Shown: one piece after another, positions 1-8,759 of the stretch
Position numbering within the stretch: position 1 is the stretch's first letter
How the letters are laid out: each line of letters starts with the position of its first letter
From: Candidatus Altiarchaeales archaeon
GTDB taxonomy: Archaea > Altiarchaeota > Altiarchaeia > IMC4 > SCGC-AAA252-I15
Reading direction: 5' to 3'
Length of the DNA stretch: 64,000 nt
NCBI GenBank assembly: GCA_014727915.1
Contig: WJMO01000005.1
Coordinates: forward strand, 352,001 to 416,000
Position numbers and translations under genes: made by a program
The notes under the pieces: model-generated
Told to the model about the DNA's origin: nothing
Databases searched by the model: none
The model's input: the letters and a program-made list of their open reading frames with translations, nothing else

Positions 1-373
1 GCCTGTATAGGCGGTGGTTGTTTATGGACCCCACCCTTATCTCAGTGCCTGATATGAGGTCCAGGTACCTGTTACCGTCTATGTCTGCCACCGCGGCTAT
101 GGTCTGGTCCTCATCCCCGTACTCTATCTCCGCCTCACGCGGTATTATGGTGTTGTACTTTGTCTTACCCTCCTCGTCGTAGACTGCCACGGAAGTCCGG
201 TAGGGGTGGAAGCTCAACGCGTAGATCTCATACTCTCCGTTCTCGTTCAGGTCGAAGCATTCTATCCTGTTGACGCCCTTGGCTATGCTCTGGCTCCAGT
301 CCGGCTTCAGCGGAGCCTCCGCAGCCCACGCCACATGGGACAGCATCAACAATGCCAAAAGAGCCCTTTTCAT
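1..373 (-). CDS. Secreted protein with FG-GAP/VCBS-like repeats (partial, runs off the window edge)
   Basis: Translated by hand from ATG at 373: MKRALLALLMLSHVAWAAE signal peptide, then DLNENGEYEI and DIDGNRYLDLI Ca-binding-like repeats; frame is open to position 1. Confidence 0.7.
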   Translation of the reverse strand, partial: MKRALLALLMLSHVAWAAEAPLKPDWSQSIAKGVNRIECFDLNENGEYEIYALSFHPYRTSVAVYDEEGKTKYNTIIPREAEIEYGDEDQTIAAVADIDGNRYLDLISGTEIRVGSINNHRLYR

Positions 374-435
374 GCCCTTACATATGTGAATCCACTCTAT
401 TATAATCCTCTCTTATATTCGCTGCTTACCAGTCT

Positions 436-819
436 ATGCTTATGGCGTCTTTCAAGGAGCTTGTGGAGCTGATGGCCTACATGCGCGGCCCCAGCGGGTG
501 CCCGTGGGACCGGGAGCAGACCATATCCGACTTTACAGTCCACCTTCGCAACGAGTCGGAGGAGGCCTTGCAGGCCATCGAGAAGGAGGACTATGAGAAC
601 CTAAGGGAGGAGCTCGGCGACCTGCTGTTGCATGTCCTGTTCATATCCCGGATCGCCGAGGAGGAGGGCCTTTTCACCATCCAGGACGTGATGGACGGCT
701 TGAAGGACAAGATTGTGAGGCGGCACCCCCACGTCTTCGGCGATGAGAAGGTAGCTTCCTCGGAGGATGTCATGCGCCAGTGGAAGCGGATAAAGGAGGA
801 GGAGAAGCGCAGTGGTTAG
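436..819 (+). CDS. mazG: MazG-family nucleotide pyrophosphohydrolase (single domain)
   Basis: GCPWDREQT, EELGDLL and KIVRRHPHVFG motifs; start may be 442. Confidence 0.92.
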   Translation: MLMASFKELVELMAYMRGPSGCPWDREQTISDFTVHLRNESEEALQAIEKEDYENLREELGDLLLHVLFISRIAEEEGLFTIQDVMDGLKDKIVRRHPHVFGDEKVASSEDVMRQWKRIKEEEKRSG

Positions 820-881
820 TATTTATTCCAGACTTCAGAAATATTTACTGGACAGGGTGATCTCAGGTGTCTGGGGGTAAG

Positions 882-1253
882 ATGGAGCACGAATACCATA
901 ATCTGGGCAACGACTACTACAAGCTCGGAGACTTCCAGAGTGCGGTGGACCATTACTCCAAGGCGTTGGAGCTCAACCCCGAGCTTATCGAGTCCTACTT
1001 CAACCGTGGTCTTGCATACACCCGCCTTCGGGAGTTCGAGAAGGCGGTGGAAGACCACTCGAAGGCGATATCCCTCGACCCGGGCCTGATAGAGGCATAC
1101 TATACCCGCGGCCTACTGTATGAGTACCTCCACGACTATGAAAAGGCTTTGAACGACTATGATGCGGTCTTGGAGATGAAGCCGGACTACCATGAGGTCA
1201 GGGAGCAGCGGGAGATAGCCGTTCGGAAGAAGCTAGACGACAGATTCATATGA
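882..1253 (+). CDS. TPR-repeat protein
   Basis: Three TPR units (YHNLG..YSKALELNP; YFNRG..KAISLDP; YYTRG). Confidence 0.88.
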   Translation: MEHEYHNLGNDYYKLGDFQSAVDHYSKALELNPELIESYFNRGLAYTRLREFEKAVEDHSKAISLDPGLIEAYYTRGLLYEYLHDYEKALNDYDAVLEMKPDYHEVREQREIAVRKKLDDRFI

Positions 1254-1783
1254 AGCTCTACATCCTCATCGACCGCATACCCGAACTGCCCTACTTCATA
1301 CTGTCCCTCCTGTTCCTATTCACCAATCCGATGCCTGTGTCGAGGCAGGTGTTCTCATCCGCGTTCATGTACCTCCTGGCTGCAATTGGACTGGGGCTGC
1401 TGCTTAAGTGCCTTTTGAGGACGGAACGCCCGAGGGAATACCACTGCATACCCATTGCCAGATACGACATACCCTCCCTTCACACGATGGTCTCCGTTGG
1501 CGCGGTAGCCTTCGTCTACTTCGCAGACCCCGTCTACGCGATTGTCCTGGCTCCCGTGAGCGTCCTTTACATGGTGTCCAGGCTCAAGCTTGGATTGCAC
1601 ACGCGAAACGCCGTATTCGCCGGGGCCCTGTTGGGATTGCTGGTGGGCTTATCATGCGGTTCCATGATGTGGACTCTAGACTTCAAAGGATTGGAGCCTT
1701 TCCTCTCCTCCATGTTCTTCATCACACCCCCCGCGGCCACAATGTTCCGGCTGAAATACCTGTCATACACGGGCTCGGCCTAG
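1250..1783 (+). CDS. PAP2-family membrane phosphatase
   Basis: KxxxxxxRP (KCLLRTERP), PSLH and SRxxxxxH (SRLKLGLH) motifs; hydrophobic. Confidence 0.8.
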   Translation: MKLYILIDRIPELPYFILSLLFLFTNPMPVSRQVFSSAFMYLLAAIGLGLLLKCLLRTERPREYHCIPIARYDIPSLHTMVSVGAVAFVYFADPVYAIVLAPVSVLYMVSRLKLGLHTRNAVFAGALLGLLVGLSCGSMMWTLDFKGLEPFLSSMFFITPPAATMFRLKYLSYTGSA

Positions 1784-2221
1784 GAGCCTACCGTCCAAGG
1801 CCAGGTGAACGCCATAGCCCAGGAATCCCATGCCCGCGTATAGCGGGTCTATCAATGCCAGAGGCGCTGACATCAGGGCGCCTGCGATGGGCTGGTGGAA
1901 GGCTCCCCTGTGCCTTGTGAGCCACATGCCGGCCGTAAGCGCCGAGAGTGCGAGGGCGGCGCATGCGTAACGCACATCCCCCGATATCAAATATGCGGTG
2001 GTGGATGCGGCTACCGCCGATGCGGAGCCCAGGTTGAAGAACCTCCTGATCCTGGACGTGCGGGAGTCTATGTCGGGTGCTAGCGTGTATACGACACCAA
2101 CTCCGCCCCCGATCAAGTCCTTAACGCCCACCTCGGCCTTCAAACCCGCTCTGAAAAGGAAATAGTATACTGCGGCTGCTGCGATCACGTAGGCTGTCAG
2201 ATGGGTCTTGTATCCGCTCAA
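1763..2221 (-). CDS. Membrane-bound metal-dependent hydrolase (YdjM-like)
   Basis: TH near N-terminus, PDID, HRGAFH and HLALD motifs; TTG start. Confidence 0.8.
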   Translation of the reverse strand: MSGYKTHLTAYVIAAAAVYYFLFRAGLKAEVGVKDLIGGGVGVVYTLAPDIDSRTSRIRRFFNLGSASAVAASTTAYLISGDVRYACAALALSALTAGMWLTRHRGAFHQPIAGALMSAPLALIDPLYAGMGFLGYGVHLALDGRLLGRARV

Positions 2222-2227
2222 AGGCCC

Positions 2228-2977
2228 TCACCTCATCCTGGACATGAACCTCATGCCTCCGTACAGGGCCAGTATTATCATGGCCAATGTGAAGAAGTAC
2301 ATGAGCTTGCTTCCTCCCCCGGCTTCCACTGACAATGTGGTTGTCGTCACCGGAGGTTCTGGTATGGTGTAACAGTTGGGCATGGTCTCCGAGCAGATGC
2401 ACACAGGCCCCGCCCTGTCATCCCTGAAGCACGTCTTGACCCCCACGTACAGCCTGTTGCATTCATCCATGCAGTAGCTAAGGCACTCGGCGCATGCGGG
2501 GTTGGTCTCCTCCTTGCAGCAGTCGTTCCTGCCATCCTGGTCTGCGTCGAATTCCACGCTGCAGACGGACTTGCTCCTGCCGCATTGGGGCGCCTCCAAG
2601 GTCGTGGTGGTATATGTGATCCCCTGGCTTTCAGCCTCCCTCCTCACAGCTTCCTTCTTGGCTTCCAGCCACTCGACCCTTCCCAAGGTCTCCGGGAAGG
2701 TGGTCGTGGTCACTGGGTCCTCCTTGATGACCCTGTGGGTGTCCCTTCCGATATCGTATACGCCCTCGTCTGTGTTGTTCTGGATGATCGTCGTGGTGGT
2801 CATCTTCTCAGTGTCGTGGTAGTCCTGGTTAGCGTGCTCTATCATGTACTCCCAATAGTCTTCCTGGTCCAGTATGACGGCGGTCTCGTTTTCACTGGGT
2901 GGCGTGGCTGATGAGACCACCCCTGAGGAAAGCATCAGTGCCGCTATTATCACCGCGTTCAAAGGCCTTTTATCCAC
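2228..2977 (-). CDS. Cys-rich, Thr-rich surface protein with C-terminal membrane anchor
   Basis: Signal peptide, poly-Thr linkers, ~12-Cys domain, C-terminal TM helix followed by basic tail. Confidence 0.7.
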   Translation of the reverse strand: MDKRPLNAVIIAALMLSSGVVSSATPPSENETAVILDQEDYWEYMIEHANQDYHDTEKMTTTTIIQNNTDEGVYDIGRDTHRVIKEDPVTTTTFPETLGRVEWLEAKKEAVRREAESQGITYTTTTLEAPQCGRSKSVCSVEFDADQDGRNDCCKEETNPACAECLSYCMDECNRLYVGVKTCFRDDRAGPVCICSETMPNCYTIPEPPVTTTTLSVEAGGGSKLMYFFTLAMIILALYGGMRFMSRMR

Positions 2978-3030
2978 CGCTTATGTATTGGCTCTGCCGT
3001 ATTATAAACCATAATCAGTAATAGTTTCCA

Positions 3031-3699
3031 ATGAGCAGGTTAGCCGGGTTTCCGCCAAAGGAGCGTGCTGAAGGAAAAACCGCAAGGCCGGGCGGGAGGA
3101 CATTCAGCACTGTCCTGGTGTTGGGGGTGTCCATAGCCGTGATAATAGCGGTTGTGCTGGTTTCCGCTGCACTGTTCTCGCTGGCGGCCTCCAAGTCGGT
3201 GGAAATCCCGTCTCTGCCGTTCTCTCAGACCTCGTCCACAACAACATCCACGACTTCGACCTCTTCGTCCACGTCTACCTCTTCCACGTTGACCTCTTCG
3301 ACCACTGTCACCTCCACAACGTCGCCGCCGACCTCGCAGACCACGACCACCACCGCTTCGACAACCACCACCCTGAACAGGTACCAGGTAGCCTTGTGCA
3401 TGTCCACCAACATGGACGAGCTGTACATCGGGACTAACCTGCCCTCGGACCGGCTGCTCCTCTACCTCGGCGAGTATGAGTCCCTGTTCCCTGTCACCGA
3501 GTGCCGCACGTCGGATGACAAGGACAAATGCAACGACGACATACGCGAGTTCGTAGAGGATGACATGCTTTTCATCAACGACGACACCGTTAACACCGTC
3601 GGATACCCTGTCCTCGTGAGGGGTCCCAGGGCGTATCTCATACCTTCCCCCAAGAAGATGGAAGACCTTCTCGGCTGCGGCAGCCTGGAAGGCATCTGA
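3031..3699 (+). CDS. Membrane-anchored protein with Ser/Thr-rich stalk
   Basis: N-terminal TM helix, ~50-aa S/T tract, globular C-terminal domain with Cys residues. Confidence 0.7.
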   Translation: MSRLAGFPPKERAEGKTARPGGRTFSTVLVLGVSIAVIIAVVLVSAALFSLAASKSVEIPSLPFSQTSSTTTSTTSTSSSTSTSSTLTSSTTVTSTTSPPTSQTTTTTASTTTTLNRYQVALCMSTNMDELYIGTNLPSDRLLLYLGEYESLFPVTECRTSDDKDKCNDDIREFVEDDMLFINDDTVNTVGYPVLVRGPRAYLIPSPKKMEDLLGCGSLEGI

Positions 3700-3704
3700 C
3701 TGCC

Positions 3705-4496
3705 ATGGACTCGGACGTTAAGCTGACCATAGTCTTCCTGCTCCTCATGGTCTTAGTGTTGGCTGGCCTCATCGCGGGCCTGGCGTACCTCACATACTCC
3801 GCTCCGGAGTCTCCGCCGCTGACTACCACCACTTCCTCCTCGACCACAACTTCAACGGCCTCTTCCACCTCTTCGACCACTGTAACTATCGTCTCTACCA
3901 CGACCACGACGACGCTGAGGCCGTTGCACATCTCATCCTCTCCTGATATGCTGTACAGGTTCGACGACGCGATACTGAACGTTACCTCTGATGGTGATGG
4001 GCTGTCGGGTGCGGTCGTCTACGTCAACGGCGAATTCGACGGAACCACCGTGGACGGCTTCTACCGTCTGTTGAGCTTGGAAGGGGGGGAATACGATGTG
4101 GTGGTCTCGAAGGACGGCCACTATAACGCTTCCACAAGGGTGGTGGTCTCACCTGACACCTATGCAACGTCCAAGGCCGTTCACGAGGAGCTATCGCTTC
4201 TGGAGCGTCAGATGGCCTTTGCAGATGGTAAGGCGAGCGTTCGCATGTATGAGACCTCCTTCTGCAGCAACTGCCGCCAGGTAAGGCCCAAGTTGGACGC
4301 GGTCGTCGACTCCAACAGGGACTGCATCGTCTACGAGAAGCTCAGCTGGTACTCCCACCAGAGGGAGGCGGGAGGTGGCACTCTGCCGATAATAGTCATC
4401 GAGGGCTCGCGGGGGGAGTTCCGGGTGACCGGCATTGTTCCCATGTCCACTGTGAAGTCCATGGTGGAGCGGGCTTCGGGGTGTGATGTGTCATGA
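3705..4496 (+). CDS. Membrane-anchored PEGA-like plus thioredoxin-like (CxxC) protein
   Basis: TM helix, S/T stalk, GAVVYVNG..YDVVVSKDG PEGA-like region, C-terminal FCSNCRQ and TLPII thioredoxin-fold motifs; overlaps downstream ccdA-like gene. Confidence 0.7.
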   Translation: MDSDVKLTIVFLLLMVLVLAGLIAGLAYLTYSAPESPPLTTTTSSSTTTSTASSTSSTTVTIVSTTTTTTLRPLHISSSPDMLYRFDDAILNVTSDGDGLSGAVVYVNGEFDGTTVDGFYRLLSLEGGEYDVVVSKDGHYNASTRVVVSPDTYATSKAVHEELSLLERQMAFADGKASVRMYETSFCSNCRQVRPKLDAVVDSNRDCIVYEKLSWYSHQREAGGGTLPIIVIEGSRGEFRVTGIVPMSTVKSMVERASGCDVS

Positions 4497-5152
4497 ACTT
4501 CGGATTGCTCTTCCTGAGCGTTTCATCGGGCCTTCTGGCTTCGGTCAGCGCATGCAGTCTGCCCGTCTATCCGGTCCTGTTGAACATCATGTCAAAGTCG
4601 GGTGACAGGCGAATGTCGGCGGTGTCCTTCAGCTTGGGCCTCTCCTTCACATATGCCCTGTTCTATGTTGCGGTGGCGTTCCTGGTGAAGTCCCTCGGCG
4701 AGTCCGTGTTCGACAGCTTCTCAACGTTGTATGCCGTCCTCTATTCCCTGGCTGCTATCACCTGCTTCGGGTTCGCGTTCCAGTCTCTCACGGGCTTCGC
4801 GTTCTTCACCCGGTCCTTCGGCTCTCCCAGGCACTTTGCGGGGGTGTTCGGGGCGTTCCTCACGGGCGTTCTGTTCGGCACCGTGTTGACCCCGTGCAAC
4901 ATCCCGTTCATGCTCGCCGGATTGCTTCCGGTTCTCATGTCGGGGTCCTCGGTGGCGGAGGGCCTTCTTCTCGTGTTCGCCTTCAGCTTCAGCCTGGGGT
5001 TCCCTGTCCTATTGTTCGGCCTGTTCTCAGGCTATGCGGTGGAGTCCTGGGTGAAGGAGAACATCCTGTTCATAGAGCGCTTGTCCGCGGTTTTCCTGGT
5101 ATTTGTGGGCTTCTACTTTGCCCTGGTGGTCTACGAGTTCCTCGTCATCTAG
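4493..5152 (+). CDS. ccdA: CcdA/DsbD-type transmembrane electron transporter
   Basis: About 6 TM helices with the two conserved Cys motifs SACSLPVYP and TPCNIP. Confidence 0.8.
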   Translation: MNFGLLFLSVSSGLLASVSACSLPVYPVLLNIMSKSGDRRMSAVSFSLGLSFTYALFYVAVAFLVKSLGESVFDSFSTLYAVLYSLAAITCFGFAFQSLTGFAFFTRSFGSPRHFAGVFGAFLTGVLFGTVLTPCNIPFMLAGLLPVLMSGSSVAEGLLLVFAFSFSLGFPVLLFGLFSGYAVESWVKENILFIERLSAVFLVFVGFYFALVVYEFLVI

Positions 5153-5790
5153 CGCAGGTGCTCGGCTATGGCTTCGTACAGTTGGTCCAAGTTGGTGCCT
5201 TCCTTGCAGGATATTGGCACCACCGGCATCTTCTGCAGGGCCTTCTTTACCCTCCCCGGGTCCGAATGCGGCAGGTCTATCTTGTTGGCTGCGACTATGA
5301 CCTTGACGTTGTTGGATTTGAGCACTCCGAGGAGCAGGGAGTTCACCTTAGTGTAGGGGCTTTCAGTGGAGTCCAGGACGACTATGGCGCTGTCTATCAT
5401 CCTCATGAACCGGACAGCCGATGCGATGCCGTTGGTAGCTTCCATGAGCCTTTTCCTCGCTTCTTTCTCGTCGATGCCCGAGCTGATGAACTCTTCGAAC
5501 GCGTCCGTGTGCAATCCCTTCTTGGTGGATATGCCCGGCATGTCGAAGAGGTCTATCTCCAGTTTCTTCCCTGACGGGGACTTCAGAACGACCTCCTCCA
5601 TCTGCTGTATCCGCCGGGTCTCGTGCCGGATGTCCGACACCTTCCATCCTGCGCCCCCCACGAAGTCCACTATGATCTTGTTGGCTAGTGAGGTCTTGCC
5701 GCTGTTCGGGGGCCCGTATATGCCGACCCTGACGTTCTTGCGCAGCTGGAACATGCGTTTTATCCACCTTAGGAATCTCCTGTGAGGCAT
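5149..5790 (-). CDS. Archaeal Era-like GTPase (OapA-like)
   Basis: G1 GPPNSGKT, G2 HETR, G3 DMPG, G4 NKID. Confidence 0.85.
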   Translation of the reverse strand: MPHRRFLRWIKRMFQLRKNVRVGIYGPPNSGKTSLANKIIVDFVGGAGWKVSDIRHETRRIQQMEEVVLKSPSGKKLEIDLFDMPGISTKKGLHTDAFEEFISSGIDEKEARKRLMEATNGIASAVRFMRMIDSAIVVLDSTESPYTKVNSLLLGVLKSNNVKVIVAANKIDLPHSDPGRVKKALQKMPVVPISCKEGTNLDQLYEAIAEHLR

Positions 5791-5826
5791 CTCAGTTACA
5801 GATGTGAACGAGGGGATAAATATGCC

Positions 5827-6240
5827 CTATTCGACTGCTTTCCTCAGCCTTTCCAGTATCCTCTTCAGCCCTCCGTCCCTTCTGTTTTCCCATATGCTGG
5901 GTTCGAACCTGTCCTTCTCCCCCATTACTATGTGGATGGACCTGCGCAACCCTACAAAATCCGTTTTCCCGCCTTTCAGTATCTCTTCGGCGTTGTTCAA
6001 CGGGTCCTCCTCTCCGCTCACGTTCAATGCTCTGAGGGTTTCGGCTATGTTGTGCATGTGTCCTTGGAGATCGTCTTCGTCCGCTTCCAGTGCTGCTCTC
6101 GTAAGCTCTCTTGAATAGCGTCTCAGGTCTGCTGTTGGATGGTCTTCAATCCCTTCTTTCAGGTCTGCTAGCACCTCATTGGCTGCTCTTCCTCTGATCT
6201 TCTGGAACAGTTCCCTACCGTCCCTGCTGAAGGTGACCAT
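5827..6240 (-). CDS. Hypothetical charged helical protein
   Basis: Likely start is ATG at 6240 (MVTFSRDG); the longer ORF-track start runs through AT-rich intergenic DNA. Confidence 0.6.
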   Translation of the reverse strand: MVTFSRDGRELFQKIRGRAANEVLADLKEGIEDHPTADLRRYSRELTRAALEADEDDLQGHMHNIAETLRALNVSGEEDPLNNAEEILKGGKTDFVGLRRSIHIVMGEKDRFEPSIWENRRDGGLKRILERLRKAVE

Positions 6241-6328
6241 GTTAACAGAATGGAGAAACAGAATATTATATGAAAAAATATAAATAGTTAATAAAAAACT
6301 TTTAATAATTAAGAAAAAATGGGTTTTT

Positions 6329-6355
6329 GCCATGCCCTTCTTGTTGGGGCATGGC
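6329..6355. terminator. Hairpin just downstream of the glutamine synthetase gene
   Basis: GCCATGCCC-N9-GGGCATGGC perfect 9-bp inverted repeat next to T/A tracts. Confidence 0.55.
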
Positions 6356-6366
6356 TTTTCTGCTCG

Positions 6367-8490
6367 TTAGTATATGAACAGCATCTCCCTGTATTTCGGC
6401 AGGGGCCACAGCCTCTCGTCCACTTCAGCCTCCAGCTGGTCCACTGCATTCCGGACTTCCGACATGGCCTTTATGGTCGCGGGCGGCTTGCCCTTCTCTA
6501 TCGCCTTCTCCAGCTTGTCCATTCCCGCGTATAGCTGTGCGGTGAGCTCTGAGAGCTTGCCCACGTGCTTCTTCATGCCGACAAGCGCCGTTCCCTTCCC
6601 GCCCGCAGCCTTCAACGCGGCCGCGGACTTTGCCACCTTCTTCTGGTACTTTAGCGCAGCAGGGAGTATCATTGTCTTGGCCATGTCCAGGCTCGTCCTC
6701 CCTTCGATGTCTATGGCCATCTCATACTGCTCGTGGAGTATCTCGTACCTGCTCTTCAGCTCCTTCTCGGAGAATACGCAGTATTTCTCGAACAGCTTTG
6801 TGTTCTCAGGGGTTACTATGGCCTTCAATGCCTCGTCGCTGGTCTTGATGTTGGCCAGCCCCCTCTTCTCGGCTTCCTGCTCCCATTCGCTGGTGTAGTT
6901 GTCTCCGTTGAAGATTATCCTCTTGTGCTCTTTGACGATCTTCTGGAGTATCCTCTGCAGGGCTTCGTTCACCTTCTCTCCCCTGCCCATTGCCTTCTCG
7001 ATCTCGTCCGAGATGTAGTCGAGGGACTCCGCCACTATGGTGTTCAATACCAGGTTGGGCCCTGCGCAGCTCATGGTCGACCCGACCATGCGGAACTCGA
7101 ACTTGGTTCCTGTGAAGGCGAACGGAGACGTCCTATTCCTGTCTGTGACGTCCTTAGGCAGCTCCGGCAGGGATGTCACTCCGACCGTTAGCTTGTCGTT
7201 GGCCTTGCTGGCCTTGGCGCCTCCCTTCTCCACCTGCTCTATTATGTCTGTCAGCTGGTCTCCTAGGAATATGGAGACTATCGCGGGCGGGGCTTCGTTG
7301 GCTCCCAGCCGGTGGTCGTTACCTGCGGTGGCTACCGAGGCTCTGAGCAGCTTCTGGTACTTGTCGACTGCCCTGATGACCGCGCATACCATGGTGAGGA
7401 ACTTCGCGTTCTCGTGGGGGCTGTCCCCAGGGTTCAGGAGGTTCTTGCCGTCCGGTCCGCTGAGGCTCCAGTTGTTGTGCTTACCTGACCCGTTCACTCC
7501 CGCGAACGGCTTCTCGTGTAGCAGGCATACCAGCCCGTGCTTTTCAGCGGTCTCCTTGAGTATCTGCATGACCATCATGTTGTGGTCCACGCTGAGGTTG
7601 AGCTCTTCGAAGACGGGCGCTATCTCGAACTGTGCGGGGGAGACCTCGTTGTGCCGTGTCTTTGCCGGTATCCCCAGCTTCCAGCATTCCCTGTCCACTT
7701 CCTCCATGAACGCGAGGACCCTCGGCTTTATGGAGCCGAAGTAGTGGTCGTCCATCTGCTGGTGCTTTGGCGGGCAGTTCCCGAACAGTGTCCTTCCGCA
7801 CATTACCAGGTCAGGCCTCGCCAGGTAGAATTCCCGGTCTATGAGGAAGTATTCCTGTTCCGGCCCCAGTGTTGCGAAGGCCCTCCTGTCCGGCACTTTT
7901 CCATCGAAGAGCTTTATCAGCCTCCGCGTCGATTTTGAGAGGGCTTCCATGGACCTGAGCAGCGGCGTCTTCTTGTCGAGCGCTTCTCCGGTGTATGAGA
8001 CGAACGCTGTGGGTATGCACAGTGTCGGCCCTTCCTCGGTGTATTTTATGAAGGCCGGGCTTGTGGGGTCCCATGCTGTGTATCCCCTGGCTTCGAAGGT
8101 TGCTCTTATGCCCCCTGATGGGAAGCTGCTCGCGTCAGGCTCTCCCTGTGTGAGCTCCTTCCCTGAGAACTTGAATATCGCGCCCCCGTCCTCTGTCGGG
8201 TGTATGAGGGAGTCGTGCTTCTCCGCAGTCGCTCCCGTCATCGGCTGGAACCAGTGGGTGTAGTGGAATGCTCCCTTGCTTATGGCCCACTTCTTTATGC
8301 CTTCCGCGACGTCGTCTGCTATGCCTTCCGGCAGGGCTTCGCCCTTGTCTATAACGTTCTTAAGGGTCTTGTAGACCTTCTCGGGCAGGAACTGCTTCAT
8401 CGCTTTGAAGCTGAAAACGTTCTCTCCATATCTTTCCAGCATCTCCTTTTCGATCTTCGCCTCTTCTCTCATCTTCTTTTCAATAACCAT
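6367..8490 (-). CDS. glnA: Glutamine synthetase type III
   Basis: 707 aa; [54 protein letters not shown] and [17 protein letters not shown] signatures. Confidence 0.96.
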   Translation of the reverse strand: MVIEKKMREEAKIEKEMLERYGENVFSFKAMKQFLPEKVYKTLKNVIDKGEALPEGIADDVAEGIKKWAISKGAFHYTHWFQPMTGATAEKHDSLIHPTEDGGAIFKFSGKELTQGEPDASSFPSGGIRATFEARGYTAWDPTSPAFIKYTEEGPTLCIPTAFVSYTGEALDKKTPLLRSMEALSKSTRRLIKLFDGKVPDRRAFATLGPEQEYFLIDREFYLARPDLVMCGRTLFGNCPPKHQQMDDHYFGSIKPRVLAFMEEVDRECWKLGIPAKTRHNEVSPAQFEIAPVFEELNLSVDHNMMVMQILKETAEKHGLVCLLHEKPFAGVNGSGKHNNWSLSGPDGKNLLNPGDSPHENAKFLTMVCAVIRAVDKYQKLLRASVATAGNDHRLGANEAPPAIVSIFLGDQLTDIIEQVEKGGAKASKANDKLTVGVTSLPELPKDVTDRNRTSPFAFTGTKFEFRMVGSTMSCAGPNLVLNTIVAESLDYISDEIEKAMGRGEKVNEALQRILQKIVKEHKRIIFNGDNYTSEWEQEAEKRGLANIKTSDEALKAIVTPENTKLFEKYCVFSEKELKSRYEILHEQYEMAIDIEGRTSLDMAKTMILPAALKYQKKVAKSAAALKAAGGKGTALVGMKKHVGKLSELTAQLYAGMDKLEKAIEKGKPPATIKAMSEVRNAVDQLEAEVDERLWPLPKYREMLFIY

Positions 8491-8759
8491 CTCCTCAACC
8501 TCTTCACGTTTCGAAATTAAAGTTGATAATAAGAATATGTAGGATTCCTTTAAATACCTTTCTATTTTATGCCAAATTCTTCAATATTCTATTAATTTTT
8601 TGAATTATGTCTCATATTTGTTGGTTTTTTATTTTTTTGCGGCTTTATATGCCTGATTTCCCGCCTCACGGCCTCTGACATGTTGTCCAACCCCCCTCCG
8701 GAACATCACTCTTTTTTCCGCTGAATAGAATATCTGATATGCCCACTCGGTGATCAACG

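Noticed and set aside
3225-3920. Low-complexity ACC/TCC-type repeats as a CRISPR or tandem array
   Set aside because: They encode Ser/Thr stalks in frame; there is no repeat-spacer periodicity and no cas gene.
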